Below are positions 55,172 to 64,000 of a stretch of 64,000 nucleotides of DNA, one piece after another; the stretch's first letter is position 1; each line of letters opens with the position of its first letter. A program made the position numbers and the translations under genes. This stretch comes from an uncultured Candidatus Saccharibacteria bacterium. GTDB lineage: Bacteria > Patescibacteriota > Minisyncoccia > Minisyncoccales > CAZJYT01. The notes beneath the pieces were generated by a model. The model saw only the letters and a list, made by a program, of their open reading frames with translations, did not search any database and had not been told where the DNA came from. The stretch spans positions 3,929 to 67,928 of the forward strand of contig CAZKFX010000001.1 of NCBI GenBank assembly GCA_964552375.1. The letters are read 5' to 3'.

Positions 55172-55597
55172 ATGGCAAAAAAAATCACAAAAATAATAAA
55201 ACTTCAAATTCCTGCCGGAAAAGCCACTCCCGCTCCTCCAGTAGGACCAGTTTTGGCTCCTCAGGGGATAAATGTGGGAGAGTTTTGTAAAAAGTTTAAT
55301 GATTTAACAAAAGAAAAAGCAGGATTTACCATTCCCGTAGAAATTATTATTTATGAAGACAGAAGTTACGATCTTAAACTAAAACAACCTCCTGCTTCAG
55401 AATTGATTAAAAAAGCAATAGGAATTGAAAAGGGTTCTGGTCAGCCCAATAAAAAAAAGGTAGGAAAACTTACAAAAGCTCAATTAAAAGAAATTGCTAA
55501 ACAAAAACTCCCCGATTTAAATACTGATGATATTGAAAAGGCAATGAAAATAATAGCTGGAACCGCAAAGCAAATGGGAGTGGAAATTGAAGAATAA
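55172..55597 (+). CDS. rplK: 50S ribosomal protein L11
   Basis: [32 protein letters not shown]. Confidence 0.98.
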   Translation: MAKKITKIIKLQIPAGKATPAPPVGPVLAPQGINVGEFCKKFNDLTKEKAGFTIPVEIIIYEDRSYDLKLKQPPASELIKKAIGIEKGSGQPNKKKVGKLTKAQLKEIAKQKLPDLNTDDIEKAMKIIAGTAKQMGVEIEE

Positions 55598-55603
55598 AAA
55601 ATT

Positions 55604-56155
55604 ATGGTTTTGTCAGATAAAGAAATAAAAGAATATGTAAGAAAATATAAAATGATCTCTCCCTTTAAGAGCTCTTTGATTACAAAAAATAAAGTTTCTT
55701 TTGGTTTGTCTTCTTATGGATATGATTTTAGGATAGCTCAAGAATTTAAAATTTTTACCAATGTTAACAACGCAATTGTTGATCCTAAAAATTTTGATTC
55801 TCGTTCTTTTGTTGATTTTCAAGGAAAAGTTTGTATTATTCCTCCAAACTCTTTTGTTTTAGGGAAAAGTATTGAATATTTTAGAATTCCTCGGGATGTT
55901 TTGGGAATTTGTCTGGGAAAGTCAACCTATGCCCGTTGCGGAATAATTGTCAATGTTACTCCTTTAGAACCCGGATGGGAAGGTTATGTGACTGTAGAAA
56001 TTTCAAACACTAGTCCTTTACCAGCAAAAATTTATGCCAAAGAGGGTATTTGCCAAGTGATTTTTATTAAAGGAAGTAAAGAATGTGAAGTTTCTTACGG
56101 AGATAGAAAAGGAAAATATCAAAAACAAAAGGGTTTAACTTTGCCCAAAGTTTGA
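55604..56155 (+). CDS. dcd: dCTP deaminase
   Basis: [34 protein letters not shown]. Confidence 0.96.
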   Translation: MVLSDKEIKEYVRKYKMISPFKSSLITKNKVSFGLSSYGYDFRIAQEFKIFTNVNNAIVDPKNFDSRSFVDFQGKVCIIPPNSFVLGKSIEYFRIPRDVLGICLGKSTYARCGIIVNVTPLEPGWEGYVTVEISNTSPLPAKIYAKEGICQVIFIKGSKECEVSYGDRKGKYQKQKGLTLPKV

Positions 56156-56157
56156 AA

Positions 56158-56775
56158 ATGAAAAAAAATAAATTTTCTGGAAGATTTATTGTTTTTGAGG
56201 GATTAGATGGTTCTGGTAAATCTACTCAAGTTAGTCTTTTAGATAAATTTTTAAGAAAGAAAACAAAAAAGGTTCACTGCACAGCAGAACCCACTCAATA
56301 TCTAATTGGAGGATTAATTAAAAGTTGGATTGCTAACGATTGGAAAAGTTCTCCCGATTGTTTGCAACTTTTATTTGCAGCAGATAGAGCCTATCATTTA
56401 GAAAAAGAAATTATCCCTTTATTAAAAAAGGGAGTGACGGTAATTTGTGATAGATATTTGTTTTCCAGTTTGGCTTATGGAAGCTTGGATTTAGATTTTG
56501 GTTGGCTTTTGAAAATTAACGAGAAATTTGTTTTACCTGACATTACTTTTTTTTTAGATGTCTCACCTGAAATTTGTATTGAGAGAATGAGAAAAGAGAG
56601 ATTTTCAATTGAGTTGTTTGAAAAAAAAGAAAAATTAGAAAAAGCAAGAGAAAATTTTCTAAAACTAAAAGAGAAATTTGATAATTTTTATATTATAAAT
56701 GGAGAAAAAAAGATTAAAGAGGTTTTTGAGAAAATAAGAGAAATTTTAGAAAGGTCTCAATTAATAAAAAATTAA
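56158..56775 (+). CDS. tmk: Thymidylate kinase
   Basis: FEGLDGSGKST, LFAADR, ICDRY..SS.AY. Confidence 0.96.
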   Translation: MKKNKFSGRFIVFEGLDGSGKSTQVSLLDKFLRKKTKKVHCTAEPTQYLIGGLIKSWIANDWKSSPDCLQLLFAADRAYHLEKEIIPLLKKGVTVICDRYLFSSLAYGSLDLDFGWLLKINEKFVLPDITFFLDVSPEICIERMRKERFSIELFEKKEKLEKARENFLKLKEKFDNFYIINGEKKIKEVFEKIREILERSQLIKN

Positions 56776-56787
56776 TTTAAAAATCTT

Positions 56788-57528
56788 ATGAGAAATAGAG
56801 AAAAATTTCCTCAAAAAAGAGAAATACAACCAGAAAAAATAGAAGAAAAAGAAAAATATTTTGAAAAGATAGCAGAAAAAACAGCAGAGGTGGTAATAAA
56901 ATCAATTAAGATGGAATCTTTTGATTTTTCTGAAGAGGAGATTGAAGATGAGGAAAAGATAATAGAAATAAAATATGAAAATAAGAAAGGGGAAAAAATA
57001 AAAGGAGCAAATCAATTTTTCCTTTCAGAAACTAAAGTGAAAAACGGAAAAATTGAAATTAAAGCAGAAAAAGGAATAAATAGGTTTGATGGTTCAGATA
57101 TAGGAGTAGAAAAAGGAAAAATAGTAGTTGATTCAGTGATAAATTATGGAGATGTTTCTGGAATGAAAGTAAGAGGTAAAGAGAATGAAATACGATTTTT
57201 AAGAGAAATAAATACCATTGATTTGTCTGGTATAAGAGGAGAAGTTAAAAAGGTTAAAGGAAAAAAAGAGAAAATTGGAGAGTTGACGGTAAAAATTGAC
57301 AAAGGAGCAATAAATGGAGATTTTAGTGGGGCTAAAGGGTTAAAAATCTTAAAAGTAGAAGGTATAATGAAAGAAGCTGATTTTAGTGGTATAAATGTAG
57401 ATGCTCTTGACCTTACCAATTTTGAAGCTGAAACCATTAATCTTAGTGATGCTCAATATAAAGAAATCCGCGGAAATTTAGAGAAATTTAATAAAGTGGA
57501 GGGAGTTGAGAGATCAGAGGAAGGTTAA
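56788..57528 (+). CDS. Hypothetical protein with beta-solenoid-like xD(F/L/V)SG repeats
   Basis: GDVSGM, IDLSGI, GDFSGA, ADFSGI, LDLTNF, INLSDA. Confidence 0.55.
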   Translation: MRNREKFPQKREIQPEKIEEKEKYFEKIAEKTAEVVIKSIKMESFDFSEEEIEDEEKIIEIKYENKKGEKIKGANQFFLSETKVKNGKIEIKAEKGINRFDGSDIGVEKGKIVVDSVINYGDVSGMKVRGKENEIRFLREINTIDLSGIRGEVKKVKGKKEKIGELTVKIDKGAINGDFSGAKGLKILKVEGIMKEADFSGINVDALDLTNFEAETINLSDAQYKEIRGNLEKFNKVEGVERSEEG

Positions 57529-57535
57529 AATTTTT

Positions 57536-58192
57536 ATGGCGAAAATTTTAAAAAGAACAGGACATCACCGAATTTTGGCTATTTTGGTAGGATTAAATGG
57601 AGAAAACCCTTTAGAATTGATTGAATTGGCAGGAAGGACCTCTTATCAAAGTAGACACAAAATTACCAAAGATTCTGCCAAGAAATTTATAAAAATGCTC
57701 ATAAAAAGAGGACACGAATCAGTTTTGGAACATTCTGCAATGACAGTAGAATTCAACAATGTTTCTCGGGGTTTTACTCACGAAATAGTCCGGCATAGAT
57801 TAGCTTCTTTTACTCAAGAATCTACAAGATATGTAAGCAAAAACAATTTTAAAGTAGTAATACCTCCCGATAAAGATAAAGATGAAAAAATCGTTGATTT
57901 AAAATTGCCAGATGGTAAAAAAATAAAGGTATCTTTTCAAGAATGGATGGATTTAAATGAGAAAATGTATCAGGGATTGAAAAAAGCAGGTTGGAAAACA
58001 GAAGATGCAAGGCAGGTTTTGCCAATTGGAATTGTTTCTCAAATTGTAGTTACCGCTAATTTTAGAGAATGGCGTCACATTTTTAAATTGAGAACCGCCC
58101 CTGATGCTCATTGGGAGATTCGCTTTGTGATGAAAAATTTATTAAAAGAAGTAAAAGAAAAAATTCCTATAATTTTTGATGATTTAAATTAA
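57536..58192 (+). CDS. thyX: FAD-dependent thymidylate synthase
   Basis: GHESVLEH, SRGFTHEIVRHR, QESTRY, EDARQVLP, AHWEIR. Confidence 0.96.
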   Translation: MAKILKRTGHHRILAILVGLNGENPLELIELAGRTSYQSRHKITKDSAKKFIKMLIKRGHESVLEHSAMTVEFNNVSRGFTHEIVRHRLASFTQESTRYVSKNNFKVVIPPDKDKDEKIVDLKLPDGKKIKVSFQEWMDLNEKMYQGLKKAGWKTEDARQVLPIGIVSQIVVTANFREWRHIFKLRTAPDAHWEIRFVMKNLLKEVKEKIPIIFDDLN

Positions 58193-58195
58193 ATT

Positions 58196-59674
58196 ATGGA
58201 TTTTTTTGTCAAAATAGGATTAGAAATTCATGTTCAATTGGAGACAAAAACAAAAATGTTTTGTAATTGTCTTAATGATCCTTTAGAAAAGCATCCTAAT
58301 TTAAATATTTGCGAAATTTGCACTGGCCAACCGGGGACTTTGCCCACAATTAACAAAAATGCAGTGGAAAAAGTAATAAAAACAGGCCTTGCTCTTAATT
58401 GTCAAATTTCTCAATATTCCCAATTTGATAGAAAAAATTATTTTTATCCTGATTTGCCAAAGGGTTATCAAATTTCTCAATTTTATTTTCCTCTTTGTAA
58501 AAATGGTTTTTTAGAAATAGAGACTGAGAAAGGAAAGAAAAAAATAAAAATTAGAGAAATTCATTTAGAAGAAGACACAGCAAAATTAATTCACGAAAAA
58601 GATTTTTCTTTAGTAGATTTCAATAGAGCAGGTATTCCTTTAATGGAAATGACAACAGAACCACAAATGACCTCACCAAAGGAAGCTAGAATATTTGCTG
58701 AAAAATTTCATTTACTAATGCATTATTTAAAAGTTTCTGATGCAGATATGGAAAAGGGTCAAATGCGAGTGGAGGCTAACGTTTCGGTAAGCAAAAGCGA
58801 AAAAGAAATTGGCGAAAGGGTAGAAATTAAAAATTTAAATTCTTTTAAAAGTTTAGAAAGGGCTCTTGATTATGAAATTAAAAGACAAATTGAGATTTTA
58901 AAAAAAGGAGGAAAAATATTTCAACAAACCAGAGGATGGGATGAAAAAAGACAAATTACTGTTTTACAAAGAGAGAAAGAAAAAGCCAAAGACTATCGCT
59001 ATTTTCCAGAACCTGATTTACCCCCTCTTTATATTTCACAAGAGATGATAAAGAAGATAAAATTGGAAATTCCAGAGCTTCCTTGGGAAAAGAAAGAAAG
59101 ATTTGAGAAAGAATATCAATTAGACAAAAAGACAATAGAATTTTTTGTTTATCATAAAGAATTGGGACAATTTTATGAAAAAACAATGTCTGAATTGAGA
59201 CAATGGGTTAAAGAAGTTCAAAAAAAAGAAAGGATAAGCGAAGGAGAATTTTATAAATTGAGCAGACTTTGTGCCAATTACATTATTTCTGATTTGCAGG
59301 GTTTGTTAAAAGAGGCAAAAATTGAAAATGAAGATTTTCTTTTAACACCAGAAAATTTTGCTGAATTGATAACTTTAATTTATACGAATAAAATTTCCAG
59401 TAAAATAGCTAAGATGGTTCTCAAAGAAATGTTTGCTACTGGCAAAGATCCTTCTAATATAATTTATGAAAAAAAATTAATTCAAATTACAGATGAAAAA
59501 GAAATAGAAAAAGTAGTAAAATCTGTAATTTCAGAAAACCAAAAAGCAGTTGATGATTACAAAAAAGGGAAAAAGGAAGCCTTGCAATTTTTAATTGGAA
59601 AAGCAATGGCAAAGACAAAAGGAAAAGCAAATCCTCAAACAATTAAAGAGTTGTTAAGTAAATTTCTTTCTTAA
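58196..59674 (+). CDS. gatB: Asp/Glu-tRNA amidotransferase subunit B
   Basis: IGLEIH, FDRKNYFYPDLPKGYQISQ, HLEED, EIKNLNS, YRYFPEPDLP. Confidence 0.97.
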   Translation: MDFFVKIGLEIHVQLETKTKMFCNCLNDPLEKHPNLNICEICTGQPGTLPTINKNAVEKVIKTGLALNCQISQYSQFDRKNYFYPDLPKGYQISQFYFPLCKNGFLEIETEKGKKKIKIREIHLEEDTAKLIHEKDFSLVDFNRAGIPLMEMTTEPQMTSPKEARIFAEKFHLLMHYLKVSDADMEKGQMRVEANVSVSKSEKEIGERVEIKNLNSFKSLERALDYEIKRQIEILKKGGKIFQQTRGWDEKRQITVLQREKEKAKDYRYFPEPDLPPLYISQEMIKKIKLEIPELPWEKKERFEKEYQLDKKTIEFFVYHKELGQFYEKTMSELRQWVKEVQKKERISEGEFYKLSRLCANYIISDLQGLLKEAKIENEDFLLTPENFAELITLIYTNKISSKIAKMVLKEMFATGKDPSNIIYEKKLIQITDEKEIEKVVKSVISENQKAVDDYKKGKKEALQFLIGKAMAKTKGKANPQTIKELLSKFLS

Positions 59675-59696
59675 ATTTAAAAATAAAAAAACAAAG

Positions 59697-60779
59697 ATGC
59701 TTTTTAGAGAAGCCTCTAAAATATTTTTTTTATATTTGAGTAAATATTCAGATTTTTTTTTAAATTTTGTCTCTTCTTTTCCTTTTGAAGCTTCTATTAA
59801 ACTGACTGAGAGATGTAATAGTAAATGTATCACTTGTAATGTTTGGAAGAAAAAGCCAAAAAATGAATGGAGCGGGAAAGAAATAATAGAGATTTTTAAA
59901 CAATTAAGGGAAATAAAAATAAAGGCAATTACTCTTACTGGTGGAGAACCATTGTTAAGAGAGGATATTGGAAATTTAATTAAAAAAGCAAAAGAAATAA
60001 CGGGTGCCAAAGTTTATCTTATTACCAATGGACTTTTGTTAAAAAAGAAAGCAAAAATTTTAATAGAAAGTGGAATAGATTATATTAGTGTATCTCTTGA
60101 TGGAGTTGAAGAGATAAATGATAAGATAAGAGGAATTCCTGGACATTTTAAAAAGGCTATTGAGGGGATTAAATTTTTAAAAAAATTATCAAGAGAAAAA
60201 CCTTTAATTAATATTGGGACTACTCTATTAAAATTAAATTTAACTCAAATTCCTCAACTAATAAAAATTTGTCAAGAGTTAAAAGTAAACTGGTCTTTTA
60301 ATCTTTTAGATCAAAGCCTTTATTTTTTTCAAGGAATAGATTTCTCTAATTTAACAATAAAAGATAAAATTTTAATTAAAAAGACAATTGATTATTTAAA
60401 TAAGGTTTCCCAAAAAAACCCTGAAGTGTTTTCTTTTCCTCCGTTTGTTTTAGAATTTTCCAAAAACTATCTCGAAGGTAAAAGACCTTATTTTAAGTGT
60501 AGTTCAGGTTTTTTGAGGGTTTTTATTACTCCTACCTTTGATGTTTATTCTGGTTGTTGGGCTCTTTCTCCAATAGGAAACCTTCGAAAAGAGAAATTAA
60601 AAGATATTTTGAATTCTAAAAGATACAAAAAGAGAATAAAGAAAATGTTCAATTTAAAATGTCCTTATTGTACTTGCGGTTATATTTTTTCTTTAATAAT
60701 TGAAAATTTACCCTCTTTTCTTTTTTGGTTAATAAAAAATAAAAAAATTATTAAAAAGTATTTTCAGCTTTATTTGTAG
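59697..60779 (+). CDS. Radical SAM protein with SPASM/twitch-like C-terminus
   Basis: CNSKCITC (CxxxCxxC), TGGEPLLR, TNG, VSLDG, C-terminal C...GC...CPYCTC. Confidence 0.9.
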   Translation: MLFREASKIFFLYLSKYSDFFLNFVSSFPFEASIKLTERCNSKCITCNVWKKKPKNEWSGKEIIEIFKQLREIKIKAITLTGGEPLLREDIGNLIKKAKEITGAKVYLITNGLLLKKKAKILIESGIDYISVSLDGVEEINDKIRGIPGHFKKAIEGIKFLKKLSREKPLINIGTTLLKLNLTQIPQLIKICQELKVNWSFNLLDQSLYFFQGIDFSNLTIKDKILIKKTIDYLNKVSQKNPEVFSFPPFVLEFSKNYLEGKRPYFKCSSGFLRVFITPTFDVYSGCWALSPIGNLRKEKLKDILNSKRYKKRIKKMFNLKCPYCTCGYIFSLIIENLPSFLFWLIKNKKIIKKYFQLYL

Positions 60780-61186
60780 GTTTAAAAAATGTTATTTTTC
60801 AATGCTCTATCTAATATTACCGATAGGTTTTATTTTAAATTTACTTTATTATAAAGCGCAACGAAAACAAAAACTTATCCATCACTAGCCAGTTAATGAG
60901 AAAAAGTTTAAAGAGAAAGACTTTAAAAAATATCAAATTTGGAAGTAGTGAGACCGATTTTACATTTTAAATTTTCACTAAAATTTTGATAAAATTTTTT
61001 AATACCAAAAAGAAAGGAAATTAATTTTTCAAAAGAAAGATTAAAGGGATTTTTAAAAAGACTAAATTTTTTCAACTTTAACAAAAGGGGCCCTGAAAAA
61101 ATTTTCAAATGTTGGATGTAATTGTGTAGCTTTAGTAATTTAGCTATCCTTTCTCAATATAAAAAGCGGTGGCAAAAAATTTTAAA

Positions 61187-62125
61187 ATGTGTGCTAACAA
61201 AATTAAAAAAGTTTTAGTAACAGGTGGAGCTGGATTTATCGGCTCTCATTTAGTTGATGCTTTAATTGAAAGAAATTATCAAGTAGTAGTTATTGATAAT
61301 TTATCTACAGGAAAAAAAGAAAATTTAAACAAAAAAGCCAAATTTTACAAAATTGATATTTGTTCTCAAAAAATCTCTCAAATTTTCAAAAAAGAAAAAC
61401 CAGAAGTTGTTTTTCATTTTGCTTCCCAAGTTGATGTTAGAAAGTCTATTAAAGACCCAATTTTGGAGGCCAAAATTAATATTTTAGGTTCTTTGAATTT
61501 AATTCAAAATTTTATCCAAATTCCTCAGTGTAGAAAATTTATTTTTGCCTCATCAGGTGGGGCTATTTATGGTGAGGCTGACCTTATTCCTACTCCTGAA
61601 ACACATCCAGAAAATCCACAATCTCCTTACGGAATCACTAAATTAACTATTGAAAAATATCTTTATTTTTATAAAAAGATTTATGGATTAAATTATATAT
61701 CTCTACGTCTTGCTAATGTTTATGGACCTCGCCAAAACTCAGAAGGAGAGGCTGGAGTAGTAGCAGTGTTTTGTAATAAAATGATTTTTGGGGGTCAACC
61801 AATTATTAATGGTTCAGGTTATCAAACCCGTGATTTTGTTTATGTAAAAGATGTAATTGAAGCCTGTGTTTTAGCTTTGAAAAAGAATAAAGTGGGGATT
61901 TTTAACATTGGCACTGGTAAAGAAACCACCATTAATACAATTTTTAAAAAATTAAAAAAGTTAACTGGTTCCAATTGTAAAAAAATTCATGGCCCAGAAA
62001 AACCGGGAGAACTAAAAAGAAGTTGTTTAGATTATTCCAAAGCCAAAAAAGAACTCAACTGGGTGCCAAAATATAATTTAGAAGAAGGACTAAAAGAAAC
62101 TATAAAGTGGTTTAAAAAGTTTTAG
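61187..62125 (+). CDS. NAD-dependent sugar epimerase (UDP-glucose 4-epimerase-like)
   Basis: TGGAGFIGSH, ASSGGAIYG, YGITK, NVYGPRQ, QTRDFVYV. Confidence 0.9.
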   Translation: MCANKIKKVLVTGGAGFIGSHLVDALIERNYQVVVIDNLSTGKKENLNKKAKFYKIDICSQKISQIFKKEKPEVVFHFASQVDVRKSIKDPILEAKINILGSLNLIQNFIQIPQCRKFIFASSGGAIYGEADLIPTPETHPENPQSPYGITKLTIEKYLYFYKKIYGLNYISLRLANVYGPRQNSEGEAGVVAVFCNKMIFGGQPIINGSGYQTRDFVYVKDVIEACVLALKKNKVGIFNIGTGKETTINTIFKKLKKLTGSNCKKIHGPEKPGELKRSCLDYSKAKKELNWVPKYNLEEGLKETIKWFKKF

Positions 62126-62231
62126 ACTTTAGAATTATTTTCATAAAGAAAATCTCCCAAAAATTTTTGAAGTTGGTTAAAGATTTGGCTGTTTTCTCTT
62201 CTGCTAAAATTAAATTTTCCATTTTTAAAAA

Positions 62232-63371
62232 TCAACGAACCTTTTCCCAAACTGGCTTTTGTTTTCCTAACAAACTTTTAATTATTCCTAACAAAGAAGC
62301 TAAATTTACCAAACAAAAGTAATAAATCAAGTTTAGCAACAAATTAAGTTTTCTTCCTTTTCTTTCAATAAGCCAACCGATTATAGCTAAAACATAAAAG
62401 AGGATTTGAGAAAGAAATAAAATTAAATAAAAAAAATGAGTTTTTATTAAAAAAATATTTATCAGAAAAATAAAAATTAAAAAAAATCCTACTACCCATC
62501 TTAAAATTTTATGAGAAATGAGCTGAAAAATTAGAAAAAATTTAAATTTTTTAAAAGCTTCCTTAAGTAAAATCAAAGCTCCTTTAAAATGCCAGCCGAC
62601 AAATACTACTTTTCTTTTAAAATTAGAAAGAGCTTGACGATACACTTCTTCTTCAGAGATAGCTTCTGGTTCTAATATTACTCCATATCCTTGTAAAATC
62701 ACTTGAATTGGCAAATCAAAATCATCTCCGCGAAACGGAGAAATTGGTTTATAAAGTTCTTTTTTAATTGCATAAATTGAACCGTTAGCTCCTAAAAGTG
62801 AAAAAAACTTGCTTTCTAATTTTTTGATTAATTTTTCGTAATTCCAATAAACTCCTTCTATTTCGCCAACTGATCCCTTAGACAGATTAATATATTTTAG
62901 TTGTCCAGAAACACAACCTATTCTTTTGTCAGCGAAATTACGAACCAATTTCTTTAAAGCTTCTTTTTTGAACATTGCGTTAGCATCTGTTAAGACAATA
63001 ATTTCTCCTTTACATTTTGATAAGGTTCTGTAAATTGTATGTTGTTTGCCTTTCCTTTCTGGAAAAGCAAAAAGCTTCACTCCTTTTTGTTCATACTCTT
63101 TTACTATTTCATTTGTTTTATCATTAGATTCTGAAGCTACAATAATCTCTAATTTTTCTTTTGGGTAATCTAAGGCCAAGCTATTTTCTATTTTCTGCCT
63201 GATTATTTTTTCTTCGTTGTAAACAGGAATTAAAAGAGAAACAGAAGGAAAAAATTCTCTTTTTTCAACTTTCTTTCCAAAGAAAAATCCCAAAATAAAC
63301 AAAATTAAAGGATATCCAACATAACAATATAGAATCAAAAAAATAAAAAACCAAAAAAGAAATTCAAGCAT
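62232..63371 (-). CDS. GT2 family membrane glycosyltransferase
   Basis: VSLLIPVYNEE, LTDAN, GANGSIYA, DDF, HKILRW, TM helices. Confidence 0.9.
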   Translation of the reverse strand: MLEFLFWFFIFLILYCYVGYPLILFILGFFFGKKVEKREFFPSVSLLIPVYNEEKIIRQKIENSLALDYPKEKLEIIVASESNDKTNEIVKEYEQKGVKLFAFPERKGKQHTIYRTLSKCKGEIIVLTDANAMFKKEALKKLVRNFADKRIGCVSGQLKYINLSKGSVGEIEGVYWNYEKLIKKLESKFFSLLGANGSIYAIKKELYKPISPFRGDDFDLPIQVILQGYGVILEPEAISEEEVYRQALSNFKRKVVFVGWHFKGALILLKEAFKKFKFFLIFQLISHKILRWVVGFFLIFIFLINIFLIKTHFFYLILFLSQILFYVLAIIGWLIERKGRKLNLLLNLIYYFCLVNLASLLGIIKSLLGKQKPVWEKVR

Positions 63372-64000
63372 TGATCCTTTTTTTAATCCACTGATAAGTA
63401 ATTTTTAAACCTTCCTCTAAACCAATTTTTGGTTGCCACTTTAATATTTTTTTCATTTTTCTAATATCTGCTTTTCTAGAAAGAGGTCCTACAGGTTTTT
63501 TCAAATCATATATTGGCTTTATTTTTTTTCTTGAGATCTTAATAATTTTTTTAGCGATTTCGTTTATTGAAACAGCTTTGCCAGAACCTATGTTTAAAGT
63601 TAGAGGCGAAACCTTTGAAATCGCTCTTTCCATTTTAATTAAAGCTTCAACGCAATCTGTAACATATATGTAATCTCTACTTTGTTTTCCATTTCCCCAG
63701 ATTGTAAATTTCTTTTTGGGATAAAAAATTGCTTTTTTGATTAAATCAGAAATGGCATGAGATCTTTCATTGAGAGGTTCGTTGATTCCATAAACATTAA
63801 AAATTCTGGCAATTCCAACTTTTATATTTTCCATTAAATTTAATTGAATTTCTGCCAAAAATTTTGACAAACCATAACCTCCATCTGGATTTAAATAAAA
63901 TCTAAATTTAAATTTTTGATTTTTTAAAATTTTCTCCATCTCTAAGTCTTTCTCAGAGAAAATAGCTTCAAAAGAAAATTGCTTGTCTAAAGGATAGATG
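63364..64000 (-). CDS. NAD-dependent sugar epimerase/dehydratase (5' end beyond window)
   Basis: Frame is open to the window edge; PDGGYGLSK (YxxxK), RIFNVYG, WGNGKQSRDYIY. Confidence 0.85.
   Translation of the reverse strand, partial: IYPLDKQFSFEAIFSEKDLEMEKILKNQKFKFRFYLNPDGGYGLSKFLAEIQLNLMENIKVGIARIFNVYGINEPLNERSHAISDLIKKAIFYPKKKFTIWGNGKQSRDYIYVTDCVEALIKMERAISKVSPLTLNIGSGKAVSINEIAKKIIKISRKKIKPIYDLKKPVGPLSRKADIRKMKKILKWQPKIGLEEGLKITYQWIKKRINA

Noticed and set aside
226-60010. Numerous 60-146 aa ORFs antisense to or overlapping real genes (e.g. 226-423, 7122-7430, 28468-28791, 35390-35830, 59654-60010)
   Set aside because: Shadow frames of AT-rich coding sequence: F/L/I/S-rich, no motifs, and overlapping well-supported genes.
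1-64000. CRISPR array, rRNA, IS/transposase, prophage or integrase
   Set aside because: No regularly spaced repeats, rRNA-like GC-rich tract or recognisable mobile-element proteins were seen.
1-64000. UGA recoding (genetic code 25 or 4)
   Set aside because: TGA terminates conserved genes at expected lengths (rplN, rplX, pheS, dcd) and Trp is encoded by TGG.

Overview
Very AT-rich, gene-dense bacterial chromosome segment using the standard code (TGA is used as stop). It spans the replication-origin region (yidC-yidD-rnpA-rpmH / dnaA). Several features point to Patescibacteria/CPR, most likely Parcubacteria (inference): a PrgI/VirB4 T4SS-like locus, Cys-rich VirB2-type pilins, short PheT/EF-Ts/RF1, rplK without rplA, and few recognisable Shine-Dalgarno sites. 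About 70 CDS and 5 tRNAs were identified. No rRNA, CRISPR array, transposase or integrase was seen. Most notable: (1) two FtsZ paralogues with reciprocal, complementary defects. One has an intact GTP pocket, a T7-loop Asp->Asn change and no C-terminal tail; the other has an eroded GTP pocket but an intact T7 loop and tail. This suggests an alpha/beta-tubulin-like heteropolymer. (2) Many archaeal-type lipid, CoA and carbon-metabolism genes. (3) A tRNA-Thr-adjacent surface cluster where a pilin and a papain-family protease share a paralogous Ig-like domain. (4) Apparent leaderless transcription plus a recurrent AAAGGTC leader motif. (5) Orphan winged-helix genes with a shared MREKL start inserted into housekeeping operons. 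(6) Several minimised or degenerate core proteins (pyruvate kinase, YbeY, RF1). All product calls come from motif recognition by eye; no database searches were run.
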